From Euglena gracilis (taxonomy: Eukaryota), in NCBI GenBank assembly GCA_039621445.1, contig CP154954.1, positions 48,525,847-48,589,846 of the forward strand: a stretch of 64,000 bases of DNA, given 5' to 3'. A model generated the notes under the pieces. The model searched no databases, was not told the origin of the DNA, and was given only the letters and a program-made list of their open reading frames with translations. Numbering within the stretch: position 1 is the first letter of the stretch; each line of letters begins with the position of its first letter. Shown piece by piece: positions 35,556 through 47,928 of the stretch. The translations under genes were made by a program, and so were the position numbers.

Positions 35556-38500
35556 ATGTCTCACGACGAGGGCCGCCCGGCGGAGGGGCCGCCGCCCCGC
35601 AAGAAGCTGAAGAGGGCCAAGCCGCCCGCCGCGGCGGACGCGACCGACGCCGCAGCACCGGCGCCGGCGGCCGCCCTCCCCGGGTCGCTCCCCGTCGTGC
35701 CCACGCCGTCCGCTGGGAGGTGCCGGCGGTGTTGGACTCGATTTTTTTTGCTTTCGCTGTGGTCATATATTCTTTTTTTTCTGCACTCTGGCATTTTTTG
35801 ATTTTCTCGTTTTTTTTGTTTCATTGTTTGGAAAAAGGTTTCATTGGAGCATGTGTCTTTGGGACTGCAGCGAGTTTTTTGTTTACCAAAGGCTTGAAGG
35901 GGGAGGGTGAAAAACGCTTATTTGAAAATATTTTTGCAGAATAAAAAAAATGGTTGCAGTTTTTCAAGGTGGATTGGATTCAAGCATTACAATCGCTTTT
36001 TTTTTGTTGATCTCCCTCGGTCTTCGTTCGGCAAGAGTCAACAGTCCTGAAAGTGAGGTGCTGCAGGGTGGGATCATCCAACCAGCCACGGGACCGACAG
36101 CTCCCATTTGGTCTGCTAAAATGACGGGGGCAATGACGGGAAGGAATTGGGGGGTTTCCTGCCATCTTTGTTCCCTATCATTTTTGTTTCCCGTCCTTTG
36201 TTTCCAAACAGTACGCCCCCCCGGGGGGGGGCTTTGTTGGCACACAGCAAGCTGGGCCAGAAGCGAAGTTAGCGCCGGCCATAAACAGACCAGAAGCCTG
36301 AGTGCAACTAAGGGGGGGGGGGCTTTGGTGGCAGCGGCGGCCTGCCGCCCCGATGGTCATCCTGGAGCAGGCGGGCCTCGGGCTGGCGGTGGTGGGCAAG
36401 CGGGCCAACACCCTGCTCTGCCACCAGGAGCACGCCTACTGGCTGCGGATGCAGGGCAAGCCGCCCGCCCGCTTCCGCCCGGACCTCGTCCACCAGACGC
36501 TGCTCGCCGTGTTCGACTCCCCGCTGGCCAAGTCCGGCCGCGTGAGGGACAGGGCGACCCTCATGCTGCGGATGCTGCAGTTTTTTGTTGTTGCTGTTGA
36601 TCCATACCCCCTCAAATGGCCCAAATTTGCTAATGGAAATTCCAGTGGCCCTGGGGGGGGGGTCTGCTGGCAGGGCTTGTAAATGGAAAGTTTTTCCAGT
36701 GACCGGCACAAAGCTCTGAGAGTTTTCTTGGGACCCCCAAACCTTGCCAAAAAGGCCCATTGCAATTTTTGGGATGCATTTCTTCCTCGGCGCACAGCGG
36801 GGGAGAATTTTTTCCCCCAGTCGGGGGGACCACTGGACCACTGGCTGGGAATTGATGGGGTCCACCAGCTGGACAATTTATTAGCCGCTAGGAAAAAGCC
36901 ACTGGCTAGATCCCCCTCCCCCCCTTGGGGGGGAGGAGGATCAAGCTAGTGGCTTTTTTCGAGTGGCTAGTAAAATGACCAGCTGGTGAACCCGGGATGC
37001 TTAAACAAAAGCCTAGTGGCCAATTTGCCACCCAATTTGTGCATTCAATCAGGCAGGAATGCCAAAAAAAGCAACAAAAAATGGAGTTTTGGGGGAGTTT
37101 TTGTTGCAACAATTGATCATATATGTACGGGGTAATCTTTTAGGTGCATTGGATGGATTTAAAAAACATGGGCATGTCCATCTGGCTTTCTTCTCATTAA
37201 TCATTTTGCTAGATCTGGGATTTGAGACATGGAAAGGTATGCCTCCTGTCCCCAGGCAATAGCTTCGTGACAAATTGGCCAGCGCAGAGGGGGGGATTCC
37301 CCAGAATTGCCCACCAAGATTCACCAGCGATGTATTTTTGACCGCTGATGGAGAATGTGGTCACTGACAGAGATTTAAGACCCTCAATATTTGGTGACGC
37401 CTGCATGCATCACGCAGGTTGGGATGGGAAAGAATGGTATCGAAGCGGGGATTTTTTTTAAGGTTGGTGATCTGGGGGGGGGGAGTCCCCCCAGAGTGGG
37501 CGCCTTCCCACCCCAGTTTTCCCTCTATTTTGGGTGTGAAGTGCCGGGGGAAAAAATCAGACCACAAAATTGACCCCAAAATGTCCCCCTGAACCCCCCG
37601 GGGGGTGTTTGGTGTTTTGGTGAGCACTGGACCCCTCCTCCCCCTCGGTCCTTTAAAAAAAAGCGTCCATATCGAAGAAACAAAGACTCCCTTTTTGGGT
37701 GGGCAGGACCTGAAGGCAAATAAAACTAACATTTTTTTTAAACAAAACGAATTTTTAAACATTGAAATCAATTAAATTTAATAATTTTTAAAACATTTTT
37801 TTTTAATTCTGTGCGTCCTCAGCCCAGACTCCCCTTCAGAGCGTCACCCTGGCCCCGGCGTTCATCAACACCGACCGCAACCGGTGCATAGAGATCAACC
37901 CGCAGACCCGCATCCCGCGCACCATGAAGCGGTTCCAGGGGCTGATGGCGCAGCTGCTGGGCCGGGGCAAGGGCACCGTCACCAGCCCGGAGGGGCAGGT
38001 CCTGTTCAACCTCGCGGCCCACCCCATGCGGGCCTACGTCCCGGAGGGGGCCGCCCAGCCCATGGCGTTGCGGCGGCCGCGTTGCGGGGTCGGGTGGGTG
38101 ACGGGGACTCCGCTGTGTTTTTGTAATAGAGTTTTTGCAGTTTTGCAGGTTTTTTTTGCATTTTTTCCAGATTTGCATCGCGGATGCAACACAAAATCAT
38201 CAAAAAGGTCATGCACACGCCACGCCTGAGATGTACGCAAACCGTGTCACGGTGTGGCAGGGTTCTTAGCAGTTACAGAATGCGAGAATGTTGAGCATAC
38301 TGAGTTCTGAGGGATGAGCTTTCCCCAGCATGCACGGCGAAATCGCTACTGGCGTGTGTCCCCGGTTTGTTGGTCAGCCCGTCCCCTCCAGCCTGTCAGC
38401 TTACTCAACTCAATGCACCCAATTTCATTGGTGCATCTCTGCAACCTCTCAGCCACCCCAGGGGCCGGCCTTCGGAATGGGGTTGCACGCCAGGGACTGT

Positions 38501-39183
38501 GGCCAAGGTGTTTTCGCTGACCAACCTGGACCGCTACGTCAACCCCCAATCAGGCGCCATCCACTTGCTTTGCTCCACGGGCAGACAACTGGAAGTTGCA
38601 CACTACGCGTTTTTGGACCAATTTCACATTAGCAGTAGTTGCATGATGGGGACTCCACCAGGTGAACCAACCATATTGCACCACATTTTTGTTTGTTGTT
38701 GCATTTTTGGAGCTGATGAATATAGTCAAGCCCTCTCCAGCAGAAAAGGGTGCAGCCGTGGGGAGCTCCTAACGGACTTCACCTGCAACTTGCATTTTTT
38801 TCCTTTTCATTTTTGTTTGCATTTTTTGTGCATTTTTTTGGCATTTTTTTTGCCTTTTTGCATTTTTTTTGCATTCTTTGCATTTTTTGCATTTTCTTCT
38901 ACATTGCATATCTTGATTTGTTGCATGTTCCCCCCCAGACATGGGAAGGGCCTGCCGCTGGGCCTTCGCCAAAGAGCTGGCGGCGGGGCCGTGCACCCAC
39001 TCCCCCCTATTCCCTGACCCGGTCCAGGCAGTGGTGGTCGTCAACGCGGCCAGCGACGCGCTGGACGCGGTACAGGCGGACTACGTCACGGACAGCGTCA
39101 CGCTGTCCCAGTACCCGATGACCCCCTCCATCGCGTGCTCCAAGGTGCTGGACGCGTTTGAGGGGCTGTGGGAGATTTGGTGA
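35556..39183 (+). CDS. EMG1: 18S rRNA pseudouridine N1-methyltransferase EMG1/NEP1; exons 35556-35719, 36055-36079 (tentative), 36350-36546, 37857-38052, 38505-38547, 38960-39183 (849 nt, 282 aa)
   Basis: Family motifs VILEQA.L, RPDLVHQTLLAVFDSPL, IEINPQTRIPRTMKRFQGLMAQLL and LSQYPMTPSIACSKVLDAFEGLW. The last three introns follow N3CAG...CTGN5 exactly and splice in frame. Confidence 0.93.
36858..36992. repeat. Foldback/hairpin element in EMG1 intron
   Basis: ccagctggacaatttattagccgctaggaaaaagccactggctagatcc is an imperfect inverted copy of ggatcaagctagtggcttttttcgagtggctagtaaaatgaccagctgg. Confidence 0.8.
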
Positions 39184-39848
39184 CCGGCGGCTCGCACCGC
39201 ACACCATTCCCGCACCTGCCCGTCAGCTGCCACAACTCCATTCTCTGCCCTGCTGTGCCCAGTGAGGAAAGGGAGACGTTGAGTGTTGACGAGTGTCCGG
39301 CTCAGAGACCCCAAGGAAGCGGCGCTTTCAAAAAAAACCGTCAGGTAGTTGTGAAGGTTTTGTCAGTACTCCACCATCACAACCATACACACAGGGCGAT
39401 GGCGCTGTGCAGTTTAATGAACTCTTTCACGCAGGCTCGGGTCATTTTCGACCCTTGGGGTGTCAGGTTTTGGGTGGTCAGTATTATGGCACACCCCCAG
39501 TGAAAAGGACCAAAAATGGTGATTTTATTTGTTCATCACGTGCCCCTCTCCATTGTCTTGTATGCAAGGGGTTTCACATGAACAACCCAAGGTTTTATTC
39601 GGGACAATCTTTAGGGGACACTTTTCCCGCTGATGTCGTTTGACCAAAATATGGCCATTTTTTCGGCTTTTTATTCTGTGGGGCAATTTTTTTTCACCGA
39701 GAGGACCGCCCTGATTTTTATATTTTCATTCAGCCTGATTTGACCTCAATAATGGGTGTTTCCGATGGCATCCATCCGAGAACAGTTGTCCGCACTTGTC
39801 CTCCTCCTCAGCCATGGATGACCTGGGCGGTGCCCCACCTTGCTCCCC

Positions 39849-42800
39849 ATGACCAGCCTGTGGAAGGGCGTCCACCGCAACTTGAGCAAAGCGGTGGCCG
39901 CCCGCGATGTGCCGGCGCTGGAGGGCCTTTTCGCCAGGTCGTTCGCGTTGTGTGTCGGGCCTGGCGCGGGGGGCAAGGGGCGTTGCCACAACCTCTGGCC
40001 TCTCTGGATGGAAGTAGCGGCAACGGTGGCCATGTTGGACTCCTCCTCCCCCTCCTCCCGCTGCCTTGCGCCGGCCTCAGGTACAAGCACCGGATCCCGC
40101 CGAAGAGCGTGGTGGACATCATGAAGGTGTTTGCGGGCGCCGGCAAGGTCAGCCTGGTCACCAATGTGTATAAGTTCGTCTCTGGCCCGCCGAGCAGTGG
40201 CCACGCTGTTGCAAATGGATGAGTGGAATGCAGATACCCGGGGCGTGCACGTCTTGTGCTGTGTTTGTTACCAACAAGTGTGTCTGATTTCGAAAACCTG
40301 GTGAGCCCCGCACAACCAATGGATGTCGTTATTGATTGAACTGGTCAAAAACACCTTCGAAAAAATTGATCCACAGGAAACCATTTCTACATCTGCCACT
40401 CTGCCTTTACAAAGCTCAAGCGCAACGGCGTGCCAGGGGACCCTCCACACTCCCCCGTGAGTTGCTGGTGGACGACTCCGAACCAGACCTGACCTCGCGG
40501 GTGTGCCGCGTTCCTTTGCGTCATTCTCCCTCCCCCCCCTCTATGGGCCTTTCCCTCTCATCTCTCCCCAACCCTATGTATGGGTGGTGAGTGCGGGGGT
40601 CGACCCCCCCCCACCCCCATCCTGGTGGTATGGCGGGGGGTCCGACCACCTACCAGGCCTTTCCGCACAGCCCTGGTCTCATCATCCTCATGCACGTTTC
40701 ACAGGAATGAAGTTTCAAGGTCAAAGTTCTCCCTCGTGGGGGGGTCGGGGGGTGAAAAGGATTTATACAACAAAAGGGAGCTACAAACAAGGCACATTTG
40801 ACACAAGGTATTTTTTTTGTTATTTTGGGGCCCTCCGATTGGTTGTGCGCAAAACGTCTTAGTTTCACTGAGTTCATTATACTACTTACAGAAACTGTTA
40901 GTGTCTGTTTGCCAATCAGGGAATTTGTTCAGGTTGGAACCCCCTGGGGGTTAGGGTGTGGGGGTCCGCAACCAGGTTTTGAATAGTGCTGAGCTCTTAA
41001 TAAGCGCGCAGCCACCCCTTCATTAACCCCTCCATACATACCGGCCCACTCCATGGAGCTCTTTTGCCTGAAATCCATGGGTTTTGTGCCAGAAACAGGG
41101 CGCTGGCGGGTCGAAAAACGCTCATTTTCGGCTCGAAAACAGTTTTTCCGGGTCCGGGGCACTGTTTTGGTCAACTTCGTTCGACTTTTTTTGACCCGGT
41201 TTTGACCCAAAGTCAATGGGTCGGCGGCCCAGAACGGGGCGCTGGCGGGTCGAAAAACGCTCGTTTTCGGCTCAAAAACAGTTTTTCCGGGTCCGGGAGG
41301 CCAAAAAACATCGTTTCGGGCAAAAAAAATTTTTGCGATTTTTTTCGCCTTTTTCGACCCGGTTTTGACCCAAAGTCAATGGGTCGGCGGCCCAAAACGG
41401 GGCGCTGGCGGGTCGAAAAACGCTCGTTTTCGGCTCAAAAACAGTTTTTCTGGGTCCGGGAGGCCAAAAAACATCGTTTCGGGCAAAAAAAAATTTCGAT
41501 TTTTTTCGACTTTTTTGACCCGGTTTTGACCCAAAGTCAATGGGTCGGCGGCCCAAAACGGGGCGCTGGCGGGTCGAAAAACGCTCGTTTTCGGCCCAAA
41601 AACAGTTTTTCTGGGTCCGGGAGGCCAAAAAACATCGTTTCGGGCAAAAAAATTTTTTTCGATTTTTTTCGCCTTTTTCGACCCGGTTTTGACCCAAAGT
41701 CAATGGGTCGGCGGCCCAAAACGGGGCGCTGGCGGGTCGAAAAACGCTCGTTTTCGGCTCAAAAACAGTTTTTCCGGGTCCGGGAGGCCAAAAAACATCG
41801 TTTCGGGCAAAAAAAATTTTTGCGATTTTTTTCGCCTTTTTCGACCCGGTTTTGACCCAAAGTCAATGGGTCGGCGGCCCAAAACGGGGCGCTGGCGGGT
41901 CGAAAAACGCTCGTTTTCGGCTCAAAAACAGTTTTTCTGGGTCCGGGAGGCCAAAAAACATCGTTTTGGGCAAAAAAAAATTTTTTCGATTTTTTTTCGA
42001 CTTTTTTGTCCGAAAACGGCTAAGTCGAACAGAGGGAAAAGTGTACAAAATGGCCTGAAATGGCCCAAATTGGCCAAAAAAACGCCCGTATCTCGGGCTG
42101 GGCGGGGAGTTGTGGGGAAACCAAAATCCCAGTAGATAGAGCGTTCCAAGGGCTTCAATTTAGGTCTCCGGACATTTCCTTTGATTTTGCATCATTTTCG
42201 AGAAATTTTGAAAACATCGATTTTTTGACCCCCACCCCCCCGAAAACGGCTAAGTCGAACAGAGGGAAAAGTGTACAAAACGGCCATCTGCACCGAAAAC
42301 GGCCGTATCTCGGGCCAGGCGGGGAGTTGCAGGGAAATCAAAATACCGGTGGATGGGGCGTTCCAAGGGCTTCAATTTAGGTCTCCGGACATTTCCTTTG
42401 ATTTGGCTTCATTTTGGAGATATTTTGAAATTTGACATTTTTTGGCCGAAATGGCAGAGTCCAAAGGGGGGCTTATCCAGGGGGGGCGGGTAAATCCTAC
42501 CGAGTTTGGACCCCTTCGCGCGTGAATAACTCGGGCCTGGCGGGGAGTTGGGGGTCAAACCCGGGTGATTCGGAAACTAAAAATCCAGTCGCTCGCGACT
42601 GAAAAAAAAAATTCCGGGAACCGGGCCGGGATCATGGTGATAATCCGTCCGTTCCCGAGGTGGCCCCGACGGGGGGTGGGGGTGGTGGGGGGGGGGGGGA
42701 GGGGGGGGGGTCGAGGGGGGGGGGGTTCGCCGGTGGTAAGCTTCGCTCTTACCCGTAAAAGGGATAAGAGCTCAGCGACCAGGGTGTGACGTAGAGCTGA

Positions 42801-43686
42801 GCTCTTTGGGGGACCATTCCGGCCCGGCCCGCGAAAAACGCTCATTTTCAGCTCAAAAACATGTTTTCCGGGTCAGGAGGCCAAAAAACATGGTTTTGGG
42901 CGAAAAAATTTCGATTTTTTTCGACTTTTTTGACCCGGTTTTGACCCAAAATCAATGGGTTGGCGAACCTAAAAGGGGCCCTTGAGGGACGAAAAACGCT
43001 CATTTTTAGCTCAAAAACACTTTTTCCGGCTCCGGGAGGCCAAAAAACATGGTTTTGGGCGAAAAATTTTTTTTCGATTTTTTTCGACTTTTTTGACTCG
43101 GTTTTGACCCAAAGCCAATGGGTTGGCGAACCAAAACGGGGCGCTGGCGGGTCGAAAAAAGCTCATTTTCAGCTCAAAAACACTTTTTCCGGGTCCGGGA
43201 GGCCAAAAAACATGGTTTTGGGCGAAAAATTTTTTTTTGATTTTTTTCGCCTTTTTGGCCCGAAAACGGCCAAGTCGGACAGTGGGAAAAGTGTACAAAA
43301 TGGCCATTTGGACCGAAAAACGGCCATATCTCGGGCCAGGCGGGGAGTTGGCCCAAACTGCGAATACCGGTGGATAGGGCGTCCCAAAGTTGTGGAATGA
43401 GGTACTCTTTACTTTTTCTCAACTCCCCGGCGTTTTCGAGATATTTTGAATTTTTCGATTTTTTGACCCCAAAAATGACCCCCTGTGGCCGGTCCAACAA
43501 ACTTTCTTTGGAAAAAAAACGGTAGACAACTTTTTTGCTCGGGCCAGATCTCCGGACCGGCGGGGAGTTGCGGGCAAAATGCGGGCTCTGGACAAACTAG
43601 GGACCCTCTCCTAACCTATAGGCTATTAACTTTTCGGGTCCGGAAATCAGGTCACATCGATAATCCGCGGGGGCCCGGGCCTACTC

Positions 43687-43718
<32 letters not shown>

Positions 43719-46700
43719 AGGGGGGGTCTGGGGGGGGTGGTAAGCTTCGCTCTTACTCTAAAGAGATAAGAGCCAAGCACCTATAGTCAAAATGGCCGAA
43801 AATGGCCGAAAATGGCCGAAAATGGCCGAAAATGGCCGAAAATGAAATTTTGGGCTCTATAGGTGGGGGTCCCGAAAATGGCCGAAAATGGCCGAAAATG
43901 GCCGAAAATGGCCGAAAATGGCCGAAAATGAGAAAAAAATCATTGCAAAAATTTTCGAGTTTTTTTTTTTGCCCAACAGCTTTGCCCAACGCCTGAGGAA
44001 CGCCTGAGGGGCGATTTCCAGTGCGACTGATTCTTGTCTCTGTGCAGCCTCTGTTCTCCTGCCATTATGCCTGGCACTGCAACACATGCTGCTCAAAGAA
44101 CCACCTCCGAAAAGGTTATTTGGGCTTTGATGACATTTCAGAAAATTTTGGTGACAAGGGCGATGCTGGCATTTTTTTTTGTATTTTTTGAAGAATAAAA
44201 CCCATTTTTGGGATAATTTCTCCACAAATCTCCAGTATTACGCCCATTTTGGCCATTTTTGGATCAATTTTTGCTGATTTTGGGGTATTTTGCACTGATT
44301 TGGCAAATATTGTGCTAATTTGGGTCAATATGAGCTCATTTTATGACATTTCCGGCCATTTTGCGCCATTTTGGTGATTTGGGTTATTTTTCACTTTTTT
44401 TTTGTGGACATTGTTGGCGTTTTTGGGCAATTTTTGGTTATTTCAAGCCATTTTAGGTCATTTTGTGTGCTTTTGGGGACTTTTTGTGGACAATTCTGGG
44501 CTTTTTGTGGTCATTTTTTTTGGGTTTTTGCGGTAGGTTGGGAGCCAGTGGATGAAGACATTAGGCAAGACACAAATATTGGACAAGACGAATTGAATGG
44601 AGATACTGGACAAGATGCAATGGTTGCAGATACTGGACAAGATGCAATGGATTACCACCTGTCGGAGCCCGCATTTACGTCCGCTACGTTCCCGGTCGGT
44701 CCTCTTCCCGGTCCCACTCCCACTCCCGGGCCCACATTCCCTGCCCCTGGACTGGCAACCGCCCCCACAGCTCTCCGTGGCCCCACCGCCCCTCGCTCTC
44801 TCGGTAGCCCCACCCCAAGAAGACCAAGGACCCGAAGCCCGAAACCCGAAGCCATGAAACCCATTAGATCCTCCTGCACTGGGAGTGCGCAGCGCACCCT
44901 CTCTGTTTCTCCCGATGCCTCTGCCCCTCTTCTCCCTTCTCCAACCACCCCCTCCCTACACACGCTGCTCGACACTCTACACATCATTCAGGAGCAGCTC
45001 GACGGCTTGCGGCTGACCATCTATGCAGCTGCTGATCCCGAGCAAGGACATCAACGCCATTCTCGGGACCCATCTGAGGGTCCAAACCGCCGGCGGCGGA
45101 GTCGTTCATCGCGGCAGAGGAAGCCAAGCAGTCCGCCTCCCGCCCACATACACCCCACCAGCTCATCGCCCTCGCCCCCAACCTACGCGGAGGCGGTGCA
45201 GTTGCCGCCACCATCGTCATCATCGTAGCAGCTGGTGCAGCCCAAGCAACGCCAACAACGCCAACAAGGAGGCCCATGCCGCGCGGAGCAACAGGTGTCC
45301 CGAACCCCGGCTCATTCGGGCTGGTATCCCGAGCCCCGCAGGCCCGGCCGGTTGCGGGTGGGCGAGCATCCCGTGTGGAGCCTCTCCCCAAACCCGGCCA
45401 GGTGCCCTCCCTCTCCTCCCCTCCTCCCTGCCCTCCCATTCCCCCGGTCCTCTCCAACAGAAAAAATGGATGCAGATACTGAACAAGATGCAGATGCTGG
45501 ACAAGATGTATATGCTGCAGAAATTGGGCAATTGGGTGAGCGCATTTGATGTCAATATTTCAACATTATGTGCTGATCACATGTTTGCTTGCTTTTGCTC
45601 TGAGCTCAAGCCGAGCGCACTTTCTTCCAACTTCGCCACATCCAGACGGATGATCATCTCATCATGACAGATGAAATTTAACATCAAGGCTTCTTTGAAG
45701 TGATGGATTTGTGCCATTTAGATTTTTCACGATATTGCAACCAATTTTTTTTTGACCTCTTTAATCCCTGAGCACCCATATCAAACGGACCTCTTTGGAT
45801 GTGTTGATTTGTTGCTCACAACTACTTTCACGTTGCATGAATGATCAAATGCATTGTTGGTATGAAAGGATTTTAAGGTAATTTTACCCCCCACCTATAG
45901 GAAAAAATGGCCGAAAATGGCCGAAAATGGCCGAAAATGGCCGAAAATGGCCGAAAATGGCCGAAAATGGCAAAAATCGGGGTGTCAACTATAGGTGCTT
46001 GATAAGAGCTCAGCGACCCCTCCATACATACCGGCACACCCCATGGAGCTCTTTCATGGAGCCCGGTTTTGACCCAAAGTCAATGGGTCGGCGGCCCACA
46101 ACGGGGCACCGGCGGGTCGAAAAACGCTCGTTTTCGGCTGAAAAACAGTTTTTCCGGGTCCGGGAGGCCAAAAAACATCGTTTTGGGCAAAAACAAATTT
46201 TCGATTTTTTTCGACTTTTTTGACCCGGGTTTGACCCAAAGTCAATGGGTCGGCGGCCCAAAACGGGGCGCCCGCGGGTCGAAAAACGGTCGTTTTCGGC
46301 TCAAAAACAGTTTTTCTGGGCCCGGGAGGCCAAAAAACATCGTTTCGGGCAAAAAAATTTTTTTCGATTTTTTTCGACTTTTTTGACCCGGTTTTGACCC
46401 GAAGTCAATGGGTCGGCGGCCCAAAACGGGGCGCCGGCGGGTCGAAAAACGCTCGTTTTCGGCTCCAAAACAGTTTTTCTTGGTCCGCGAGGCCAAAAAA
46501 CTTCGTTTCGGGCAAAAAAAAATTTTTCGATTTTTTTCGACTTTTTTTATTTTTTTTTGACCCAAAGTCAATGGGTCGGCGGCCCAAAACGTGGCGCTGG
46601 CGGGTCGAAAAACGCTCATTTTTGGCTCGAAAACACTTTTTTCGGGTCCGGGAGGTCAAAAAACATGGTTTTGGGCGAAAAAAAATTTTTGAATTTTTTT

Positions 46701-47878
46701 GACTTTTTGACCCAAAACCACCGGCCAGGGGGGGGGCATCCAGGGGGGGGGCATGGGGGGGGTCCGGGTCGGAAAATTTTTTTTCGCTCAAAAACACTTT
46801 TTTTGATGTTCTGAAGTGAAAAAAAGTGTTTTTGAGCGAAAAAATTTTTTCAAAATTTTGGGTCCCAACCTGCCACCCGACCCCCCCTCACCCAGCCGCC
46901 CTGACGGCGCGCGATGGGGTCCCCGAACACCCAAAAACTGGCCAAAATCGCACAACCAGACCCCGGGAACCCCAAAAAACGGTCAAACCCCCCCCCCCTA
47001 AACGTAATGTTTGACCCCCAGTTTGGGTCCCAACTCCCCGTCTATCCCGAGATACGGCCAATTTACGGTTTCGGGCCCTGAACGGGCCAGAACTGGCCAA
47101 ACGGGCCCGAAACCCCCAAAACGGCCGAATCTCGGGCCCGGCGAGGAGTTGTCCCAAACCGCGCATACCGATCGATAGGGCGTTCCAAGGTCGTCAAATA
47201 AGGTCGCCGTCACTTTTCCTCAACTCCGCAGTGTTTTCGAGATATTTTGAAATTTTCGATTTTTAGACCCCAGCCCGGCAGCCCTCGAACCCCCGCAGGG
47301 GTCCCCGAATACCCAAAAATGGCCCAAAATGGCACAACCAGACCCCGGGAACCCCAAAAAACGGTCAAACCCCCCCCCTAAACCTAATGATTGACCCCCT
47401 GGTTTGGGCTCCAACTCCCCGTCTAGCCCGAGATACGGGCAAATTACGGTTTCGGGCCCCGAACGGGCCCGAAATGGCCAAAACTGGCCCAACTGGCCCA
47501 AAACCCCAAAACGGCCGTATCTCGGGCTAGGCGGGGAGTCGGCCCAAACCGCGCATACCGATCGATCGGGCGTCCCAAAGTTGAGGAATGACGTCCTCTT
47601 TACTTTTTCGTAACTCCGCGGCATTTTCGAGATATTTTGAATTTTTCAATTTTTTGACCCCAAAATGACCTGCAAATTTCCCCGGAAAAAAAAACGGTAG
47701 ACAACTTTTTTGCTCGGGCCATATCTCCAGACTGGCGGGGAGTTGCGGGTAACCGAAGGGCTCTGGAGGAACTAGGGACCGTCCCCTAACCTATAGGCCA
47801 TTAACTTTGGGGGCCACGAAATCCAGTCACATCGATAATCCCGGGGTTTCCGGATCTACCCAGGGGGGGGCGGGGGGG

Positions 47879-47928
<50 letters not shown>

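Noticed and set aside
38991-39027. Short GT-AG intron in the last EMG1 exon
   Set aside because: Removing its 37 nt shifts the frame; read-through is open.
41064-42135. Long ORFs in the 162-bp repeats
   Set aside because: Frames shift between repeats with homopolymer length; no recognisable domain.
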